Shown piece by piece: positions 27,111-32,210 of a DNA stretch of 32,210 nucleotides. The stretch lies in UHGV virus genome UHGV-0152653. One strand, given 5' to 3'. This DNA comes from a virus. The translations under genes and the position numbers were made by a program. Each line of letters opens with the position of its first letter. Position 1 is the first letter of the stretch. The notes below the pieces were generated by a model. That model was not told the DNA's origin. It was given only the letters and a program-made list of their open reading frames with translations, and ran no database searches.

Positions 27111-30100
27111 TAACAACCTGCGTCTGCAGGTCATTCTTAATGCGGTTGACAAGCTCACCCGCCCATTTCGATCTGCGCAGGCCAGTTCAAGAGAACTGGC
27201 TGCTGCTGTCAAAAAATCCCGCGATGCAATAAAGCAGCTTGATCAGGCCGGGAGCAGTCTGGACAGCTTCCGAAAGCTGCAGGCAGAAAATCAGAAATTA
27301 GGCGACAGGCTGAACTATGCCCGCCAGCGTGCAAATTTGCTCAGTCAGGAACTGGGAGCGATGGGGCCGCCTTCGCAACGTCAAGTTGTTGCTCTGGGCC
27401 GTCAACGGCTGGCTGTTCAGCGCCTGGAAGAACGCCAGAAAAAGCTGCAGCAGCAGACGGCGCTTGTGCGTGCTGAACTGTACCGGGCGGGAATTTCTGC
27501 GAAAGACGATGCGGGAGCAACTGCCCGTTTAGCCCGTGAAACATCACGTTATAACCAGGAACTTTCGAAACAGGAGGCGCGGCTGAAGCGACTGGGGGAA
27601 GCTCAGCGCAGGATGAATGCAGCGCGTGCCAGTTATGCCCGTTCGCTGGAGGTGCGTGATCGTATTGCAGGTGCCGGAGCCACCACCACGGCTGCAGGGC
27701 TGGCAATGGGTGCGCCAGTGATGGCGGCAGTAAAAAGCTATACCAGCATGGAAGATGCCATGAAAGGTGTGGCAAAGCAGGTCAATGGTCTGCGTGACGA
27801 TAATGGCAACCGCACTGCACGTTTTTATGAAATGCAGGATGCCATCAAGGCTGCCAGCGAACAGTTGCCGATGGAAAACGGTGCGCTGGACTTCGCTGCA
27901 CTGGTTGAAGGTGGTGCGCGCATGAACGTCGCAAACCCTGACGACAGCTGGGAAGATCAGAAACGTGACCTGCTGGCCTTCGCCAGTACGGCAGCAAAGG
28001 CGGCAACAGCCTTTGAGCTGCCAGCGGATGAACTGTCAGAAAGTCTGGGGAAAATCGCCCAGCTCTACAAAATCCCCACCCGCAATATTGAACAGCTCGG
28101 TGATGCGCTGAACTATCTGGATGATAACGCCATGTCGAAAGGGGCAGACATCATTGATGTGATGCAACGTCTGGGCGGTGTGGCTGACCGTCTGGATTAT
28201 CGTAAAGCGGCGGCGCTGGGTTCCACCTTCCTGACACTGGGCGCTGCGCCAGAGGTTGCAGCCAGTGCAGCAAACGCGATGGTGCGTGAATTGTCCATTG
28301 CCACCATGCAGAGCAAGAGTTTCTTTGAAGGGATGAATCTGCTGAAACTCAATCCTGAAGTGATTGAAAAGCAGATGACGAAGGATGCGATGGGAACCAT
28401 CCAGCGCGTGCTGGAGAAGGTAAACGCGCTGCCGCAGGACAAGCGCCTGTCTGCCATGACTATGTTGTTTGGTAAAGAGTTTGGCGATGACGCAGCGAAA
28501 CTGGCAAACAACCTGCCGGAACTGCAGCGTCAGTTAAAACTGACAGCGGGCAATGATGCGCTCGGCTCCATGCAGAAAGAATCCGACATTAACAAGGATT
28601 CACTTTCTGCGCAGTGGTTGCTGGTCAAAACCGGAGCGCAGAACACCTTCAGCAGCCTGGGCGAAACGCTGCGCCAGCCGCTGATGGATATTCTGTACAC
28701 GGTGAAAAGCGTCACGGGGGCGTTGCGTCGCTGGGTGGAAGCTAACCCGGAACTGACAGGCACACTGATGAAAGCATCGGCTGTTGTGGCTGCGGTTACC
28801 GTCGGCCTCGGCACCTTAGCGGTGGCGCTGGCTGCAGTGCTGGGGCCGCTGGCAGTGATCCGTCTGGGATTCTCTGTGTTGGGTATCAAAACGTTATCTT
28901 CCGTTACGGCAGCAGTAACTCGAACCAGCAGCGCGTTGTCCTGGCTGGCTGGCGCACCACTGGCACTGCTGCGACGCGGGCTTGCTTCATCGGGCAACGC
29001 CGCAGGTTTACTTACTGCGCCGTTGTCGTCTTTGCGCCGCACGGCATCACTGACGGGAAATGTCCTGAAAACTGTAGCAGGTGCGCCGGTTGCACTTTTG
29101 CGGTCTGGATTATCCGGTTTACGTGCTGTTGCTGTGATGTTTATGAATCCTCTGGCGGTACTGCGCGGTGGACTGGCCGCCGCAGGCACGGTGCTGCGAG
29201 TACTGGCATCTGGTCCACTGGCGATGCTGCGCGTTGCCCTGTATGCCATATCTGGTCTGTTAGGTGCTCTGCTCAGTCCGATAGGTCTTGTGGTTACTGC
29301 ACTGGCGGGCGTGGCGCTGGTTGTCTGGAAATACTGGCAACCCATCACCGCATTTCTCGCTGGTGTGGTGGAAGGATTCAAAGCGGCGGCAGGTCCTATC
29401 AGTGCTGCATTCGAACCACTTAAGCCTGTGTTTCAGTGGATTGGCGACAAAGTGCAGGCGCTGTGGGGCTGGTTTACTGATCTGCTGACGCCCGTTAAGT
29501 CGACCTCTGCCGAACTGCAGAGCGCAGCGGCAATGGGGCGACGATTCGGAGAGGCACTGGCGGAAGGGCTGAATATGGTCATGCATCCGCTGGACTCCCT
29601 GAAATCCGGCGTTTCCTGGTTGCTGGAGAAACTCGGCATTGTCAGTAAAGAGGCTGCAAAGGCGAAACTGCCGGAAAGCGTGACGCGTCAGCAACCTGCG
29701 ACGGTGAATGCAGACGGTAAAGTGATGATGCCATCGGGTGGTTTTCCGTCATGGGGATATGGCTTTGCGGGGATGTATGACAGCGGCGGCTATATCCCGC
29801 GCGGGCAGTTTGGCATCGTCGGTGAAAACGGGCCGGAAATTGTTAACGGCCCGGCAAATGTGACCAGCCGGAGAAATACAGCTGCACTGGCTGCCGTTGT
29901 TGCCGGAATGATGGGCGTTGCTGCCGCGCCTGCAGAGCTTCCACCGTTGCACCCTTTGGCACTTCCCGCGAAAGGCGGCGAAGCGATGGTGAGTCGTGCA
30001 GCCACTGTGCCGCCCGTTCAACGGATTGAGGCACCGATGCAGATCATCATTCAGACGCAGCCAGGACAAAGTGCGCAGGATATTGCGCGGGAGGTGGCCC

Positions 30101-30180
30101 GCCAGCTTGATGAACGTGAACGCAGGCTGAAGGCAAAAGCCAGGAGTAACTACAGCGATCAGGGGGGATACGACGCATGA
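27103..30180 (+). CDS. T: Tail tape measure protein (P2 gpT-like)
   Basis: 1025 aa; coiled-coil-rich N-terminal half, hydrophobic Ala/Leu/Gly-rich repetitive segment in the C-terminal half; position between E/E' and U. Confidence 0.9.
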   Translation: MSDNNLRLQVILNAVDKLTRPFRSAQASSRELAAAVKKSRDAIKQLDQAGSSLDSFRKLQAENQKLGDRLNYARQRANLLSQELGAMGPPSQRQVVALGRQRLAVQRLEERQKKLQQQTALVRAELYRAGISAKDDAGATARLARETSRYNQELSKQEARLKRLGEAQRRMNAARASYARSLEVRDRIAGAGATTTAAGLAMGAPVMAAVKSYTSMEDAMKGVAKQVNGLRDDNGNRTARFYEMQDAIKAASEQLPMENGALDFAALVEGGARMNVANPDDSWEDQKRDLLAFASTAAKAATAFELPADELSESLGKIAQLYKIPTRNIEQLGDALNYLDDNAMSKGADIIDVMQRLGGVADRLDYRKAAALGSTFLTLGAAPEVAASAANAMVRELSIATMQSKSFFEGMNLLKLNPEVIEKQMTKDAMGTIQRVLEKVNALPQDKRLSAMTMLFGKEFGDDAAKLANNLPELQRQLKLTAGNDALGSMQKESDINKDSLSAQWLLVKTGAQNTFSSLGETLRQPLMDILYTVKSVTGALRRWVEANPELTGTLMKASAVVAAVTVGLGTLAVALAAVLGPLAVIRLGFSVLGIKTLSSVTAAVTRTSSALSWLAGAPLALLRRGLASSGNAAGLLTAPLSSLRRTASLTGNVLKTVAGAPVALLRSGLSGLRAVAVMFMNPLAVLRGGLAAAGTVLRVLASGPLAMLRVALYAISGLLGALLSPIGLVVTALAGVALVVWKYWQPITAFLAGVVEGFKAAAGPISAAFEPLKPVFQWIGDKVQALWGWFTDLLTPVKSTSAELQSAAAMGRRFGEALAEGLNMVMHPLDSLKSGVSWLLEKLGIVSKEAAKAKLPESVTRQQPATVNADGKVMMPSGGFPSWGYGFAGMYDSGGYIPRGQFGIVGENGPEIVNGPANVTSRRNTAALAAVVAGMMGVAAAPAELPPLHPLALPAKGGEAMVSRAATVPPVQRIEAPMQIIIQTQPGQSAQDIAREVARQLDERERRLKAKARSNYSDQGGYDA

Positions 30181-30662
30181 TGATGGTGCTGGGATTGTAC
30201 GTGTTTATGCTGCGCACCGTGCCGTATCAGGAGCTGCAGTATCAACGCAGCTGGCGACATGCGGCAAACAGCCGGGTAAACCGACGTCCGTCCACGCAGT
30301 TTCTGGGACCGGACAACGACATGCTGACGCTTTCCGGTGTTCTTATGCCGGAGATAACAGGTGGCAGGCTGTCGTTGCTGGCACTGGAGCAGATGGCAGA
30401 ACAGGGGAAAGCATGGCCCCTGATTGAAGGCAGCGGCACGATTTATGGCATGTATGTGATTGAGGGACTGAATCAGACTAAAACGGAGTTTTTCCGCGAC
30501 GGTATGCCGCGCCGGATTGAGTTCACCCTGTCGCTCAAAAGGGTGGATGAATCATTGTCCGATATGTTCGGTGATCTCAGTGCGCAACTGAATAATCTGC
30601 AGGACACGGCAACGTCTGCCTTAAGCGATATCAGTAAAACGGTGGGAGGGCTGCTGTCGTGA
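30177..30662 (+). CDS. U: Tail protein (P2 gpU-like)
   Basis: 161 aa; start overlaps the T stop. Confidence 0.85.
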   Translation: MMMVLGLYVFMLRTVPYQELQYQRSWRHAANSRVNRRPSTQFLGPDNDMLTLSGVLMPEITGGRLSLLALEQMAEQGKAWPLIEGSGTIYGMYVIEGLNQTKTEFFRDGMPRRIEFTLSLKRVDESLSDMFGDLSAQLNNLQDTATSALSDISKTVGGLLS

Positions 30663-31759
30663 ATTTCAGCTCTGAACTGCTTAACAAAGGCAACAAAACT
30701 CCCGCATTCAGCATCAGTATTGAGGGTAGGGATATCACCACTGTGCTGGATAACCGCCTGATGAGTCTGACGCTGACGGACAATCGGGGCTTTGAAGCGG
30801 ACCAGCTTGATCTGGAGCTGGACGACGCCGATGGAAAAATAGCGCTGCCGCGCCGTGGTGCGGTCATTACGCTGGCGCTGGGCTGGAAGGAGCAGCCGCT
30901 TTTCCCGAAAGGGGCATTCACGGTGGACGAGATTGAACACACTGGCGCACCGGACCGCCTGACTATCCGGGCGCGAAGTGCTGATTTTCGGGAAACGCTG
31001 AATACCCGCCGTGAAAAGTCGTGGCACAAGACCACTGTCGGGGAAGTGGTGAAGGAAATAGCTGTGCGGCACAAACTGAAGATGGCACTGGGTAAAGACC
31101 TGTCAGATAAACCCGTGGAACATATAGACCAGACCAATGAGAGTGACGGCAGTTTTCTGATGCGGCTGGCGCGCCAGTACGGTGCTATTGCGTCGGTGAA
31201 AAATGGCAATCTGTTATTCATCCGGCAGGGACAGGGTAAAAGCGCCAGCGGTAAACCACTACCGGTGATCACTATCACACGTAAGGACGGCGACAGTCAC
31301 CGCTTTACCCTGGCAGATCGCGGAGCCTATACGGGCGTAATTGCCAGTTGGTTGCATACCCGCGAACCCGCGAAGAAAGAAAGCACCACGGTGAAGCGTA
31401 AGCGCAGGACTAAGAAGCAGAAGAAAGAGCCGGAAGCGAAGCAGGGCGATTACCTGGTGGGTACGGATGAAAACGTGCTGGTACTTAATCGCACCTATGC
31501 CAACCGGAGCAACGCCGAACGGGCGGCAAAAATGCAGTGGGAACGCCTGCAACGCGGCGTTGCGTCATTCTCGCTACAACTGGCAGAAGGTCGGGCAGAT
31601 CTCTACACGGAAATGCCAGTGAAAGTCAGTGGCTTTAAACAGCCGATAGATGATGCGGAATGGACCATTACGACTCTGACGCATACCGTCAGCCCCGATA
31701 ACGGTTTTACAACCAGTCTGGAGCTTGAAGTGAGGATTGATGATTTCGAAATGGAATGA
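30659..31759 (+). CDS. D: Tail protein D (P2 gpD-like)
   Basis: 366 aa; last tail gene before ogr. Confidence 0.85.
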   Translation: MNFSSELLNKGNKTPAFSISIEGRDITTVLDNRLMSLTLTDNRGFEADQLDLELDDADGKIALPRRGAVITLALGWKEQPLFPKGAFTVDEIEHTGAPDRLTIRARSADFRETLNTRREKSWHKTTVGEVVKEIAVRHKLKMALGKDLSDKPVEHIDQTNESDGSFLMRLARQYGAIASVKNGNLLFIRQGQGKSASGKPLPVITITRKDGDSHRFTLADRGAYTGVIASWLHTREPAKKESTTVKRKRRTKKQKKEPEAKQGDYLVGTDENVLVLNRTYANRSNAERAAKMQWERLQRGVASFSLQLAEGRADLYTEMPVKVSGFKQPIDDAEWTITTLTHTVSPDNGFTTSLELEVRIDDFEME

Positions 31760-31849
31760 TTCTTCGCAATGGAGAACTTTTAAGTTTGCAAAATGGAATA
31801 ATGCGGTATCATTATTGTGAATTTAGCAAAAATGGGGAGAACTCGAAAA

Positions 31850-32068
31850 ATGATGATTTGCCCACTGTGTGGAAGTGCCGCCCATACTCGCAGCAGTTTT
31901 CAGGTATCTTCATTGACCAAAGAGCGTTACAACCAGTGCCAGAACATTAACTGCAGCCATACTTTTGTTACCCATGAAACTTTTGTTCGTTCGATTGCAA
32001 CGCCAAAAGAGTCAAATCCGGTTCAGCCGCATCCAATGAAATCAGGACAGGTGGCGCTCTCTCTTTGA
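31850..32068 (+). CDS. ogr: Ogr/Delta-family zinc-finger late transcription activator
   Basis: 72 aa from ATG 31850 (MMICPLCGSAAHTRSS...QCQNINCSHTF): CxxC...CxxxxC zinc-finger pattern and length as P2 Ogr; last gene before attR. Confidence 0.85.
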   Translation: MMICPLCGSAAHTRSSFQVSSLTKERYNQCQNINCSHTFVTHETFVRSIATPKESNPVQPHPMKSGQVALSL

Positions 32069-32133
32069 CGCTGCCGCCATTTTGTCGCCATCGTTAAAAA
32101 ACAGTGTTTCTAACATCATGATTTTAAACAGCT

Positions 32134-32159
32134 TAAATTTCAGGCAACAAAAAACCCAT
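32134..32159. repeat. attR: attR core (right copy of 26-bp direct repeat)
   Basis: Exact 26-bp match to 52-77. Confidence 0.8.
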
Positions 32160-32191
32160 CAACCTTGAACCGAAATGGCGGGGTTGATGGG
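32134..32191 (-). terminator. Probable host rho-independent terminator (minus-strand sense) overlapping the att core
   Basis: Inverted repeat CCCATCAACC (32155-32164) and GGTTGATGGG (32182-32191); read on the minus strand the hairpin is followed by TTTTTTGTTGCC, which lies in the att core. Confidence 0.4.
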
Positions 32192-32210
32192 CTCCACAAA
32201 ATGGGGACAT

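Larger units (their letters stand above)
52..32159. mobile_element. Complete P2/186-family prophage (about 32.1 kb) bounded by 26-bp direct repeats
   Basis: Identical 26-bp repeat TAAATTTCAGGCAACAAAAAACCCAT at both ends; int next to the left repeat and ogr next to the right repeat; full set of P2-like early, head, lysis and tail genes in canonical order between them. Confidence 0.85.

Noticed and set aside
28530-29381. 283-aa minus-strand ORF inside the tape measure gene, and similar long antisense ORFs at 19520-20077, 6401-7123, 15996-16478 and 30631-31278
   Set aside because: They lie antisense within well-supported, GC-rich structural or replication genes, have biased low-complexity composition (Ala/Ser/Pro/Arg-rich) and no RBS context; typical antisense ORFs of GC-rich coding DNA.
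1-32210. CRISPR arrays, tRNA/tmRNA genes, rRNA or IS elements
   Set aside because: No regularly spaced direct repeats, no tRNA-like sequence at the att junctions or elsewhere, and no transposase-like ORFs with terminal inverted repeats were seen.

Overview
The window contains a complete, apparently intact P2/186-family temperate prophage of about 32.1 kb, bounded by an identical 26-bp direct repeat (52-77 and 32134-32159). Gene order is canonical: integrase (-), a small secreted Cys-rich ORF (-), CI-like repressor (-), then rightward Apl/Cox, CII-like, several small early ORFs, a TraR/DksA zinc-finger protein, Dam methyltransferase and the rolling-circle initiator gpA. Next comes a cargo region (7620-11300), then portal Q and large terminase P (-), scaffold/capsid/small terminase/head completion (O N M L), tail X, a lysis cassette (holin, SAR endolysin, LysA, nested spanins), tail completion R S, baseplate V W J I, tail fibre H and chaperone G plus an orphan inverted tfa, sheath FI, tube FII, E/E+E' with a -1 frameshift, tape measure T, U, D and the Ogr zinc-finger late activator. 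The CII-like gene and a LexA-controlled module in the position of the 186 tum gene make the early region 186-like. The most interesting part is the cargo region between gpA and the portal gene. It holds (i) an AT-rich, translationally coupled two-gene operon on the minus strand (124-aa soluble protein plus 152-aa three-TM membrane protein) with no recognisable homology, a candidate undescribed anti-phage or abortive-infection pair; (ii) an SOS promoter with a near-consensus LexA box driving two small ORFs; (iii) a cos-like GC-rich element; and (iv) an AT-rich island encoding a 561-aa OLD-family ABC-ATPase with a TOPRIM-like C-terminus. All calls rest on reading the sequence and the ORF track, and on recalled knowledge of P2/186 biology; no database searches were run.
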